Part shown: positions 17,776 through 25,893 of the stretch, piece by piece | How the letters are laid out: the number at the start of each line of letters is the position of its first letter | How positions within the stretch are numbered: the first letter of the stretch is position 1 | From: Gemmata obscuriglobus | Lineage (GTDB): Bacteria > Planctomycetota > Planctomycetia > Gemmatales > Gemmataceae | NCBI RefSeq assembly: GCF_008065095.1 | Contig: NZ_CP042911.1 | Coordinates: 6,300,001 to 6,332,000, forward strand | Direction: 5' to 3' | Length of the DNA: 32,000 nucleotides | Position numbers and translations under genes: made by a program | Notes under the pieces: generated by a model | Seen by the model: the letters and a program-made list of their open reading frames with translations, nothing else | Databases searched by the model: none | What the model was told of the DNA's origin: nothing

Positions 17776-19293
17776 CTATTTCTTCTCGATCACCTTCAGC
17801 CCTTCGACCGCCGGCCCGTGCTGCACCTCGCCGGTGCAGGTGAACCGCGACCCGTGGCACGGGCAGTCCCACGTCTTCTCGCCCGGGTTCCATTGCACGA
17901 CGCCGCCGAGGTGCGGGCACACCGCCGACAGTTCATGCACCTGTCCCTTCTCGTCCTTGTAGACCGCGTGCTTGCTCAGCCCCTTCCGCACGACGGCGCC
18001 GTGCCCGGGCGGAACGCTTGCGACCGACGCGACCTCGCCCCCGGTGAGCCAGTCCGCGTACTGGGCCGCGAGGTTCACGTTCTCTTCGAGCAGCGTCTTC
18101 AGCGCCGCGGGCATCCACCGCGACGGCGAGTACAGGCTGGCGAACTCGTTCGTTCGCCCCAGGATGAGGTCGGCGACCAGCCGCGCGCCCAACGTGCCGT
18201 GCGTCATCCCCATTCCCGAATCGCCGGTGATGACGTAAAGGTTGTCCCGGAGCCCCGGGGCGCGGCCGATCAGCCCCAACCCGTCGGGCGTTTCGAACAC
18301 CTGTCCGGACCAATGGTGCTTCACCGCGCCGGCCTGCGGGAACCGCGCGCGGGTCCAGGCTTCGAGCCGCTCCCACCGCTGCTGCTGGTCTTGGGCCTGC
18401 CCGGTCTTGTGATCCTCACCGCCCACGATCAGGAGGTCGGTTCCGTCAGCGCCCCGCGCCCCGCGGACGTAGTGGTACGGGTCTTCCGTGTCCCAAAAGA
18501 GGGCCGCGGGGACGGTCCCGGCGGGGGCCTCCAGAGCGACCGCGTATGTGGTGTAAGCCGCAAGTTTGAAGTGCAGCGACAGGCCCGAATCGAACGGCGT
18601 GTTCGTCGCCACCACAATCGCGTCGGCCGCCACCTGCTGCCCGCCCCTCATATGGGCCACACAGGTCTTGCCGCTTTCAACCTTAACCACCGAGGCGTCG
18701 GTATGAATCGTACCGCCGTGGCGTCGGATCGCGCGGGCCAGGCCGCTCAGGTACTTCAACGGGTGAAACTGACCGTTATCGGGACACCGAAGCCCCGGCC
18801 CGGTGTCGTGGGCGGGGAGCGGCACGCGGTCCACCCGCTCGAACGCCAACCCGAGCCGGGTCAGCGTGAGCATCTCCTCGCGCACTTTTTGAGGGCCGTC
18901 GGCTCCGGGGAACAAGTACCCGTCGAGTCGCTGAAAATCGCACGCAATGTTCTCGCGCTGGGCGATCTGCTCGATCAGGGTAATCGCGCCCTGATGGCTC
19001 TTCGCTGCGAGTTGTGCGGCGGCGTCCCCGCGGACCGACGCGAGCCGGGTGAACCGGTCGTCGATCACCCACGCGAGGTGGGCGGTGGTGAACTCGGTCT
19101 CACCCCCAGCGACAACAGGTTTGCTCTCAAGAACGGCTACTGACTTGCCTGCCGACGCGAGCAAGTAGGCGGTTGTGAGGCCGGCAATCCCGCCCCCAAT
19201 GACGCACACATCGTAGCGGGGGCTCCCGCCCGGCGGTGCGGCCGAGCGGGCGGGGTCATCAAGGGACCAAACGGAGCTGGTAGCGTTCGTCAT
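17776..19293 (-). CDS. FAD-dependent oxidoreductase (DAO-like) fused to a C-terminal Rieske [2Fe-2S] domain
   Basis: Dinucleotide fold YDVCVIGGGIAGLTTAYLLASAGKSVAVLE. The DAO-like body includes LYVITGDSGMGMTHG. Rieske motifs CPHLGG (C-x-H) and CPCHGSRF (C-x-x-H) lie in the last ~100 aa. I prefer ATG 19293 (MTNATSSVW...). GTG 19356 (the track start) is an alternative and adds 21 aa. Confidence 0.9.
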   Translation of the reverse strand: MTNATSSVWSLDDPARSAAPPGGSPRYDVCVIGGGIAGLTTAYLLASAGKSVAVLESKPVVAGGETEFTTAHLAWVIDDRFTRLASVRGDAAAQLAAKSHQGAITLIEQIAQRENIACDFQRLDGYLFPGADGPQKVREEMLTLTRLGLAFERVDRVPLPAHDTGPGLRCPDNGQFHPLKYLSGLARAIRRHGGTIHTDASVVKVESGKTCVAHMRGGQQVAADAIVVATNTPFDSGLSLHFKLAAYTTYAVALEAPAGTVPAALFWDTEDPYHYVRGARGADGTDLLIVGGEDHKTGQAQDQQQRWERLEAWTRARFPQAGAVKHHWSGQVFETPDGLGLIGRAPGLRDNLYVITGDSGMGMTHGTLGARLVADLILGRTNEFASLYSPSRWMPAALKTLLEENVNLAAQYADWLTGGEVASVASVPPGHGAVVRKGLSKHAVYKDEKGQVHELSAVCPHLGGVVQWNPGEKTWDCPCHGSRFTCTGEVQHGPAVEGLKVIEKK

Positions 19294-19411
19294 GGCTCGT
19301 GCAGAGAGGGTGAGCGGCGACAGCGGCAAAAACAACGCAACCGATGTGCCGCTCACGCCAACGAGCGGAACCGCCGGGTCAGCCGCGCCCGCTGACGCGC
19401 ACGCTTCCCAA

Positions 19412-20107
19412 TCACGACACGGCCACTTCCCGGCGTTCGATTGCGATCGCCCGCCCGGTCGACAGCAACCGGAACGCCACCCCGCGCCCGGCCATCGCGC
19501 CGCCGATCGCCGCCGCCATCGATAACATCACGCCCACAAGTGCGGCCCATGATGCTCCGATGGCAGCGCGCTCGGCCCGCTCGCGCGTCGCGGGGTCGGC
19601 GGCCGCTTCCCGGGCCTTGTTCGGGTCCATGTTGGCCTTCCACGCGTCGATCCGCTCTTGCGAGACGCCGGCGTCGCGGGCCGACTGTTCCCAGTTCTGC
19701 GCCGCGGGGCTCTGCGCCGCGACCATCGATCCGCCCACGAGCGCGAAGTACCCCGCGCGGGCGCCCATTCCCACCAGCGCGAGCGAGAAGCCGACCACCA
19801 GCGCCCAGGTGAGGATGCCGTACAGCACCGCCTCGCGCTCGTTCTCGCCGGCGGTGAGTTGGGTGCTCACCCAGCCGCCCACGAACAGGGCGACGATGAT
19901 GCTCAGGAGGGCCGCGACGAGCGCCCCGACGCCGATCGCGTTGGCCCGCACTCCAGCCTCCGCGATGGTCAGCCCGATGGCCCCGAAGAACAGGGTGAGC
20001 ACCAGGTTCGTGGCGACGGCACAGATGGCCCCGGCCAGAATTGCGGGCCACGAGAGGCGGCTTCGGACACCGGTCACGTCTTCCATTTTCAATTGCTCGA
20101 TTGCCAT
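19412..20107 (-). CDS. Integral membrane protein (hypothetical, ~4-5 TM segments)
   Basis: This is the C-terminal 231 aa of the 953-aa track ORF 19412..22273, starting at ATG 20107 (MAIEQLKMEDVTGVRSRLSWPAILAGAICAVATNLVLTLFFGAIGL...). Hydrophobic helices alternate with short loops. Everything upstream of 20107 in that ORF is antisense to glgX and Arg/Pro/Val-rich. Confidence 0.65.
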   Translation of the reverse strand: MAIEQLKMEDVTGVRSRLSWPAILAGAICAVATNLVLTLFFGAIGLTIAEAGVRANAIGVGALVAALLSIIVALFVGGWVSTQLTAGENEREAVLYGILTWALVVGFSLALVGMGARAGYFALVGGSMVAAQSPAAQNWEQSARDAGVSQERIDAWKANMDPNKAREAAADPATRERAERAAIGASWAALVGVMLSMAAAIGGAMAGRGVAFRLLSTGRAIAIERREVAVS

Positions 20108-20287
20108 ATGCTTGCTCGCTGCGTGTAAGGTGGGGAACGGTGAGTCGCGCGACATTCGCGCCGCTCTCTTCATTTGCACGAGGCGTGCCGCCGGATCGGA
20201 GTTCGGAATCTCGCGCCCCGGTACGGAATTCGCTATCGGTGGGCGCCGCTGGCGCGGAGTCCGCGCCATGACATCCAGGAGACGTTC

Positions 20288-22447
20288 ATGCGTGTGTGGC
20301 CGGGGCGCCCGTATCCGCTGGGGGCGACGTGGGACGGGGTGGGTGTGAACTTCGCCGTGTTTAGTGAGCACGCCACCGAAATCGATTTGTGTCTGTTTGA
20401 TGGCCCCGGACTGGTTGAGACCCGCGTCCCGTTGCGCGAGCGGACCGACCAGGTGTGGCACTGCTACCTCCCGGACGCCCTCCCGGGGCAGCTCTACGGG
20501 TTCCGGGCGGCGGGGCCGTTCGAGCCCGAAAAAGGGCTGCGGTTCAACCCCCACAAGCTGCTCTTTGATCCGTACGCAAAGGCCGTGGGCCGCGGGCTGA
20601 CGTGGCACGACGCGCTGTTCGGCTACACCATCGGCCGCGACGACACCACCCTCGACGCCCGTGACAGCTCCGCGTTCGCGCCGCTGGCCGCGGTGGTCGA
20701 CGGCGCGTTCACCTGGGACAGTGACCGCCGGCCCGGCCGGCCCTGGCACGAGACGCTGATCTACGAGCTTCACGTCAAGGGGTTCACGCAGCGCATGCCG
20801 GGCGTGCCGGACCGCATGCGCGGCACCTACGCAGGCATCGCGTCCGAGGCCGCGCTCGATCACCTGCGGCAGCTCAACGTCACCGCGGTCGAACTGCTGC
20901 CGGTCCACTACCGCGTGGACGACCGGCACCTCATGGAAAAGGGGCTCACGAACTACTGGGGGTACAACACGCTGGGGTTCTTCGCCCCGGACCCGCGGTT
21001 CAGCACCGACCCGGGCGACCCGGGCGCCGCGGTGCGCGAGTTCAAGAGCATGGTGCGGTCGCTCCACGCGGCCGGCATCGAGGTGATCCTCGACGTGGTG
21101 TACAACCACACCGCCGAGGGCAACCAGATGGGGCCGACGCTCTCGTTCCGCGGGCTGGACAACTCCAGCTACTACTTCCTCTCGCCGGAGGACCGGCGCT
21201 ACTACATGGACTTCACCGCCTGCGGGAACAGTCCGAACATGCAGCACCCGCGCGTGCTGCAACTCATCATGGACAGCCTGCGGTACTGGGTCGAGGAGAT
21301 GCGGGTCGACGGGTTCCGGTTCGACCTCGCCCCCACCCTGGCGCGGGAGCTGGCCGAGGTGGACAAGCTCGGATCGTTCTTCGACATCATCCACCAGGAC
21401 CCGGTGCTGTCGCGGGTGAAGCTGATCGCCGAGCCGTGGGACATCGGCCCGGGCGGGTATATGGTCGGCAACTTCCCGGTCGGGTGGACCGAGTGGAACG
21501 GCGAGTACCGGGACGCGGCCCGCGCGTTCTGGGCCGGCCGGGACGTGCCCACCAAGACTCTCGCCCACCGGCTCACCGGCTCGGGCGACCTGTACGAGCG
21601 CACCGGCCGCCGCCCGTACGCGAGCATCAACTTCGTGACCTGTCATGACGGGTTCACTCTGTGTGACCTGGTGAGCTACGAGCAAAAGCGCAACTGGGCG
21701 AACGGGGAAGACAACCGGGACGGTAGTAACGACAACCACAACTGGAACTGCGGGCACGAGGGGCCGACCGACGATACCAAGGTGCTCGCCCGGCGCGCCC
21801 GGCAGCGCCGCAACATGTTCGCCACGCTGATGCTCAGCCAGGGCGTGCCGATGGTGCTGGCGGGCGACGAGCTGGGCCACACGCAGCAGGGCAACAACAA
21901 CACGTACTGCCAGGACAACGAGCTGACCTGGCTCGACTGGGCGGCGGCCGACCGGGAATTCCTCCGGTTCGCGCGGGCGGTTGCGCAAATCTGGCGGGAC
22001 CAGCCCGTTCTCAAGCGGCGGACGTTCTTCCAGGGCCGCGCGATCCGCGGCGCGGGCGTCGCGGACGTGTCGTGGTTCCGCCCCAGCGGGCACGAGCTGA
22101 CCGACGCGGAGTGGGAGGAGCCGCACAAGTGCGTCGGGATGCGCCTGGCGGGCGATTGCATCCGCGAGGTCGACGAGCGGGGCGAACCCATCCGCGGCGA
22201 TACGCTGCTGGTGATCATGAACGCGAGCCAAAAAACGGTCCGGTTCGTGCTTCCGGCAACGAACCCCGAGCACGTGTGGGAACTGATGTTCGACACGGCC
22301 GACGACTGTGCCCCGGCTGTAACGCTCGCGGGCGGGGAACGGTACGAGTTAAAGGACCACACGCTGGCGGTGCTCCGCACGCGGCCCCAGGCGCCCCCGA
22401 CCGCGGAGGTGGCCGCGCTGCTGCGGGCCGCCCGGCGCGTGGTGTAA
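20288..22447 (+). CDS. glgX: Glycogen debranching enzyme GlgX (GH13)
   Basis: The canonical N-terminus MRVWPGRPYPLGATWDGVGVNFAVFSEHA starts at ATG 20288, with AGGAG at 20277-20281. GH13 regions: VILDVVYNHTAEG, GFRFDLA, AEPWD and FVTCHDGFTL. The product is 719 aa. The track start 20174 adds a non-homologous 38-aa leader. Confidence 0.95.
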   Translation: MRVWPGRPYPLGATWDGVGVNFAVFSEHATEIDLCLFDGPGLVETRVPLRERTDQVWHCYLPDALPGQLYGFRAAGPFEPEKGLRFNPHKLLFDPYAKAVGRGLTWHDALFGYTIGRDDTTLDARDSSAFAPLAAVVDGAFTWDSDRRPGRPWHETLIYELHVKGFTQRMPGVPDRMRGTYAGIASEAALDHLRQLNVTAVELLPVHYRVDDRHLMEKGLTNYWGYNTLGFFAPDPRFSTDPGDPGAAVREFKSMVRSLHAAGIEVILDVVYNHTAEGNQMGPTLSFRGLDNSSYYFLSPEDRRYYMDFTACGNSPNMQHPRVLQLIMDSLRYWVEEMRVDGFRFDLAPTLARELAEVDKLGSFFDIIHQDPVLSRVKLIAEPWDIGPGGYMVGNFPVGWTEWNGEYRDAARAFWAGRDVPTKTLAHRLTGSGDLYERTGRRPYASINFVTCHDGFTLCDLVSYEQKRNWANGEDNRDGSNDNHNWNCGHEGPTDDTKVLARRARQRRNMFATLMLSQGVPMVLAGDELGHTQQGNNNTYCQDNELTWLDWAAADREFLRFARAVAQIWRDQPVLKRRTFFQGRAIRGAGVADVSWFRPSGHELTDAEWEEPHKCVGMRLAGDCIREVDERGEPIRGDTLLVIMNASQKTVRFVLPATNPEHVWELMFDTADDCAPAVTLAGGERYELKDHTLAVLRTRPQAPPTAEVAALLRAARRVV

Positions 22448-22456
22448 GGAGCCGCG

Positions 22457-23800
22457 ATGGGAGTCGGTAACCTGATGGCCATGCCCACACAGATCACCGC
22501 AACGTGGCAGGCGGCCGCCCCGCCCGAACCGCCCGAACCGCCCGCGCCGCACCGGGGCGCGTCCGAGGGACCGACGGCCGCGGCCCATCCGTCCCCCTAC
22601 GAGCCGGTGCTCCAGTACGTCACGGCCTTCTGGGACCGGCTGTTCCGGTTCCACCCGCACGACGAGGGCACCCTGATCGGGCTGCCGCGGGCGTACGTGG
22701 TGCCGTCGGTGGACCCGGTGCGCCCGCTGTTCCAGGAGATGTACTACTGGGACAGCTACTTCAGCGCGCTGGGGTTGCTCGGCACCCTGCACGAGTGGCT
22801 GGTGTTCGACCTCGCGGAGAACATGGCGGCCCTGGTGGAGCGGTTCGGGTTCATCCCGAACGGGACGCGGTACTACTTCACTTCCCGGAGCCAGCCGCCG
22901 TTCTTCACCAAGATGTACCGGCTCGCGCACGAGCTGAAGGCGGCCCGCGGCGACGCCGACGCCGACGAGTACCTGCGCCACATGACCCGGCTCGGGGTGC
23001 GCGAGCACGAGACGTGCTGGCTGGGCGAGAAGCACCCGCACGAGCGCCGCAAGTACCGCGGCCTGTCGCGGTACCACGACATCAACTACAGTCACTTCCT
23101 GGCGTCGTGCGAGAGCGGGTGGGACCACTCCACGCGGTGCGACGGCACGGAACCGGGGGCCGAGGCCGGCCGCTGGATGGACTTCCTGCCGGTGTGCCTG
23201 AACAGCATCCTGTACGCCCGCGAGGTGGACTTCGCGTGGGCGTTCGCGCGGCTCGGCGCGGCCACCGAGGCGGACTACTGGCAGCGGGCCGCGGAAGAGC
23301 GCGCCGCGACCATGAACGAGTTGATGTGGGACGAGGGCCAAGGGTTCTTCTTCGACTTCGACTGGAAGGCCGAGCGCCGGTCCCCGTGCGCGTCCCTGGC
23401 CGGGTTCTACCCGCTGTGGGCCGGGTTCGCGACGCAGCGCCAGGCGGAGGTGATCGTCGAGCGGTGGCTGCCGCAGTTCCTCCTCCCGGGCGGTCTGGTG
23501 ACCGCGCTCGACTCCCACCCCGGGCGGCAGTGGGCGTACCCGAACGGATGGGCGCCGCTCCAGTGGCTCGCGGCGACCGGCCTCGACCGGTACGGCTTCA
23601 AGGCCGAGGCGAACGAGGTGCGGCGGCGGTGGTGCGACACCTGCACCTACGCTTTCACGAAAGCCGGCACGCTGGCAGAGAAGTACAACGTGGCAGACCC
23701 GCACGCCGAACCCGAACACGGGTTGTACGGACTGGTGCAGGGGTTCGGGTGGACCAACGGCGTGTTCGTGGACTTCGCCCGCTCGCTCGCCAGTGCCTGA
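22457..23800 (+). CDS. Alpha,alpha-trehalase (GH37), cytoplasmic type
   Basis: GH37 signature 1, F-x-E-x-Y-x-W-D-x-Y, matches as FQEMYYWDSY. Signature 2-like: QWAYPNGWAPLQ. Also present: SRSQPPFF, ESGWDHSTR, EKYNV and GFGWTNGV. There is no signal peptide. The SD AAGGAG (22446-22451) overlaps the glgX stop codon. Confidence 0.9.
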   Translation: MGVGNLMAMPTQITATWQAAAPPEPPEPPAPHRGASEGPTAAAHPSPYEPVLQYVTAFWDRLFRFHPHDEGTLIGLPRAYVVPSVDPVRPLFQEMYYWDSYFSALGLLGTLHEWLVFDLAENMAALVERFGFIPNGTRYYFTSRSQPPFFTKMYRLAHELKAARGDADADEYLRHMTRLGVREHETCWLGEKHPHERRKYRGLSRYHDINYSHFLASCESGWDHSTRCDGTEPGAEAGRWMDFLPVCLNSILYAREVDFAWAFARLGAATEADYWQRAAEERAATMNELMWDEGQGFFFDFDWKAERRSPCASLAGFYPLWAGFATQRQAEVIVERWLPQFLLPGGLVTALDSHPGRQWAYPNGWAPLQWLAATGLDRYGFKAEANEVRRRWCDTCTYAFTKAGTLAEKYNVADPHAEPEHGLYGLVQGFGWTNGVFVDFARSLASA

Positions 23801-23818
23801 GCCGGTTCGCGGGGTTGC

Positions 23819-23847
23819 GCGGCGCGTTCGGCGCCGCCCGACCTTTT
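23819..23847 (+). terminator. Weak intrinsic terminator candidate after the trehalase gene
   Basis: The 7-bp GC stem GCGGCGC (23819-23825) pairs with GCGCCGC (23831-23837) around the loop GTTCG. The TTTT run (23844-23847) is displaced 6 nt from the stem. Confidence 0.3.
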
Positions 23848-24385
23848 GCCAAAACGGAATGACCCGTTCCCGTTCAGCGTCGCGCCGATGGTTGAGCAAT
23901 TGGCACATCAGGTATTCCCCTGCCCCATTTCCGCCGTTTGGTAGTTCTCGCAGTCCAAAGGCCGCTTCCGTTGACCCATGCGAAGCCGCTGAAACCGGGT
24001 AGTCAACCGAAACGCAAATCGCGATCGCACAGGCCGACCGAATCACAAGTAATTTCCGCCAAATGACTTACCGCACCCTACTTGTGCGTCTCGCAACGGG
24101 TCTTGGTTGGCACCGGAAACCGCGCCCGGGTCTTGGGACCCGGGATTCGGTGGTAGCGATCACCCAGCGATTCGGTAGCGAACGGGCAGCGAACCGCCTC
24201 TCGATGTCCAGTCGGCGTACCGTCGGTTGTCGGGCAGTTCCGGTTATCCTTGTAGCCCGCGGAGTCAGCGGGCGGCGCTCCGGACACCACAACTCGCTTT
24301 GCCACACGGTTTCGTGACCGCCCGCGGAGCGAGCAGACCCACGGAAGACCGGAACCGCCCTAAACTCGGTCCGAAGTCTTGCCGG

Positions 24386-25081
24386 CTACTCGGCTGATGG
24401 CACGGGTGGTTCTGGCGGGCTCAGTTCGCTCGCCGCGGTCCCCCGAGCGGGCAGACCGTCACTGTAGCGCAGGGCGACCGACGGTTTGCCCGTCTTGCGG
24501 AACGCGAGTATTTCGGGGTGCTCCTCCGCGTAAGCCGCGAGCTTGTCGCTGTCCCAGGTCACTGGCGGGGAGCGGTACGTCACTTTGATCGCTCCCGCGC
24601 CGACGCTCCGGCCGAGCGAGAGCACCAGTTCCCGCAGCTCCTGCTCCGCCTGCGCGGCCTCGGCACTGGCGGCCTGTATTTGCTCCGCGAACGCGGCGTC
24701 CACCTCGTCGAGTTGGTCGCGGATGGTGGCCAGCACGGCGGTCCGGGCGTCGCGGTATTCGGCGTCGAGCAACAGCGACTTCGCGCGGGCCGTCTGGAGC
24801 GCGTGCAGCCGGTCCGACACGAGGGCGGCAACGTCCCGCTCCCGCGCCACCTTGGCCCACGCCCGCTCGAAGTCGCTGGCCGGCTCACCCTCGCCCCGGG
24901 CGACCAGGACGAACTGCTCCTGGCTCGTCGTGGTGGGCCGAATCGCACCCGAAACAAGTGCCTCCATCCACCGGCCGTACTTGGTGAGCAGTTCGCGCTC
25001 GGCGGGTGTGAACGACTCCCCCGGCGGGACGAAGAAGTCGTGCCGGGCGAGGTACGCGGCGTGGTCTTCCGGGTGCAGCAT
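24386..25081 (-). CDS. Hypothetical protein: DUF413/MaoP-like N-terminal motif, central coiled coil, C-terminal beta-rich segment
   Basis: ATG 25081 is preferred (MLHPEDHAAYL...); the track start 25147 is a TTG. The segment FFVPPGESFTPAERELLTKYGRWMEALVSGAIRPTTTSQEQFVLVARGEGEPASDFERAWAKV resembles, from memory, E. coli YifE/MaoP (GDFTIKEAQLLERHG...[25 protein letters not shown].KY). An Ala/Glu/Gln-rich helix follows, then GAIKVTYRSPPVTWDSDKLAAYAEEHPEILAFRKTGKPSVALRY. Confidence 0.6.
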   Translation of the reverse strand: MLHPEDHAAYLARHDFFVPPGESFTPAERELLTKYGRWMEALVSGAIRPTTTSQEQFVLVARGEGEPASDFERAWAKVARERDVAALVSDRLHALQTARAKSLLLDAEYRDARTAVLATIRDQLDEVDAAFAEQIQAASAEAAQAEQELRELVLSLGRSVGAGAIKVTYRSPPVTWDSDKLAAYAEEHPEILAFRKTGKPSVALRYSDGLPARGTAASELSPPEPPVPSAE

Positions 25082-25135
25082 GGTTCCGGTCCCGTGAACG
25101 TCGGCGATTCCGCCGGGCACCGTAGCACATCGGGT

Positions 25136-25166
25136 TTGCGACCACAACGACCGCGGGCGCTACAAT
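25136..25166 (+). promoter_or_regulatory. Sigma-70-like promoter candidate for the methyltransferase/PKS operon
   Basis: TTGCGA (25136-25141), a 19-nt spacer, then TACAAT (25161-25166), 29 nt upstream of GTG 25195. The spacer is longer than optimal. Confidence 0.25.
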
Positions 25167-25194
25167 AAGCCCCGTCTGCCCCACGGAGCCGCAC

Positions 25195-25893
25195 GTGATT
25201 TTGAGCAGCCTCCGCGCCCGCGCCCGCATCCCGGAGCTGATGGACGATCCCGCCATCGACCCCGCCGAACACCGGCACGCGCTGGAGGGGTTGCGCCGGC
25301 TGAACCGGGCCAGCGACAGCGCCGGCGTGCTGTGGCCCGCTATCGCGGAACTGTCCGCCCGGCTCGGGCGACCGGTGAAGGTGCTGGACGTGGCGACCGG
25401 GAGCGGCGACGTGCCCCGCGGGCTGCTCCGGCGTGCGGAGCGAGCGGGCGTGGGGCTCGAAATGGCCGGGTGCGACATCAGCCCCACGGCACTCGACGAA
25501 GCCGCCCGACAGGCACCCGGCGTCCGGTTCTTCCAGCACGATGCGTTACACGCCCGGCTGCCGACGGGCTTCGACGTGGTGACGTGCTCGCTGTTCCTCC
25601 ACCACCTGAGCGGGGACGAGGCGATCGCCTTACTGGCGAACATGGAAAACGCCGCCGAACACCTGGTGCTGGTGAACGATCTCGCCCGCTCGCGGTTTAA
25701 CTACTGCGGTGTGTGGCTCGCGTGCCACCTGCTGACCCGGTCGCGGGTGGTGCGGTTCGACGGCCCGGCGTCGGTGCGGTCGGCGTTCACGCCCGCCGAG
25801 GCGCTCGCTCTGGCCCGCCGCGCCGGGCTGAGCGGCGCAACCGTGCGGGGCCGGTTCCCCGCCCGGTTCCTTCTGTCATGGAGTCGCCGGTGA
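25195..25893 (+). CDS. Class I SAM-dependent methyltransferase (first gene of the type III PKS cassette)
   Basis: 232 aa. GTG start with GGAG (25185-25188) 6 nt upstream. Motif I VLDVATGSGDV, then GCDISPTAL and FDVVTCSLFLHHL. Its stop TGA 25891-25893 overlaps the next gene's start by 16 nt. Confidence 0.85.
   Translation: MILSSLRARARIPELMDDPAIDPAEHRHALEGLRRLNRASDSAGVLWPAIAELSARLGRPVKVLDVATGSGDVPRGLLRRAERAGVGLEMAGCDISPTALDEAARQAPGVRFFQHDALHARLPTGFDVVTCSLFLHHLSGDEAIALLANMENAAEHLVLVNDLARSRFNYCGVWLACHLLTRSRVVRFDGPASVRSAFTPAEALALARRAGLSGATVRGRFPARFLLSWSRR

Noticed and set aside
20174-20287. N-terminal extensions offered by the ORF track for several genes: 20174 for glgX, 25713 for the flavoprotein, 26768 for the PKS, 17920 for the Gly-zipper protein, 25147 for the DUF413-like protein, 5264 for kaiC and 6816 for the kinase.
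   Set aside because: The extensions overlap upstream genes or are Arg/Pro-rich and non-homologous. Internal starts give canonical family N-termini, good SD sequences or stop/start overlaps. Exact starts remain unverified without proteomic or ribosome-profiling data.
20108-22273. The N-terminal ~720 aa of the 953-aa minus-strand ORF 19412..22273.
   Set aside because: It is exactly antisense to the well-supported glgX gene. The translation is Arg/Pro/Val/His-rich with no motifs, which is typical of a high-GC shadow ORF. Only the last 231 aa (from ATG 20107) look like a real membrane protein.
22349-24046. The 565-aa minus-strand ORF, and the 452-aa plus-strand ORF 22504..23862, both overlapping the trehalase gene.
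   Set aside because: Both are alternative or antisense frames of the GH37 trehalase, which carries both family signatures. Their translations are Arg/Gly/Pro-rich low-complexity sequence.
23801-24385. A tRNA, tmRNA, SRP RNA or RNase P RNA in the long convergent spacer.
   Set aside because: I looked on both strands for T-loop GGTTCGA(A/T)TCC-type motifs, the SRP GGUCCGGAAGGAAGCAGC core, and the RNase P GGAAAGUCCGG / ACAGAACCCGGCUUA blocks, and found none. The GATTCGG strings lack the flanking stems needed for a tRNA T-arm.
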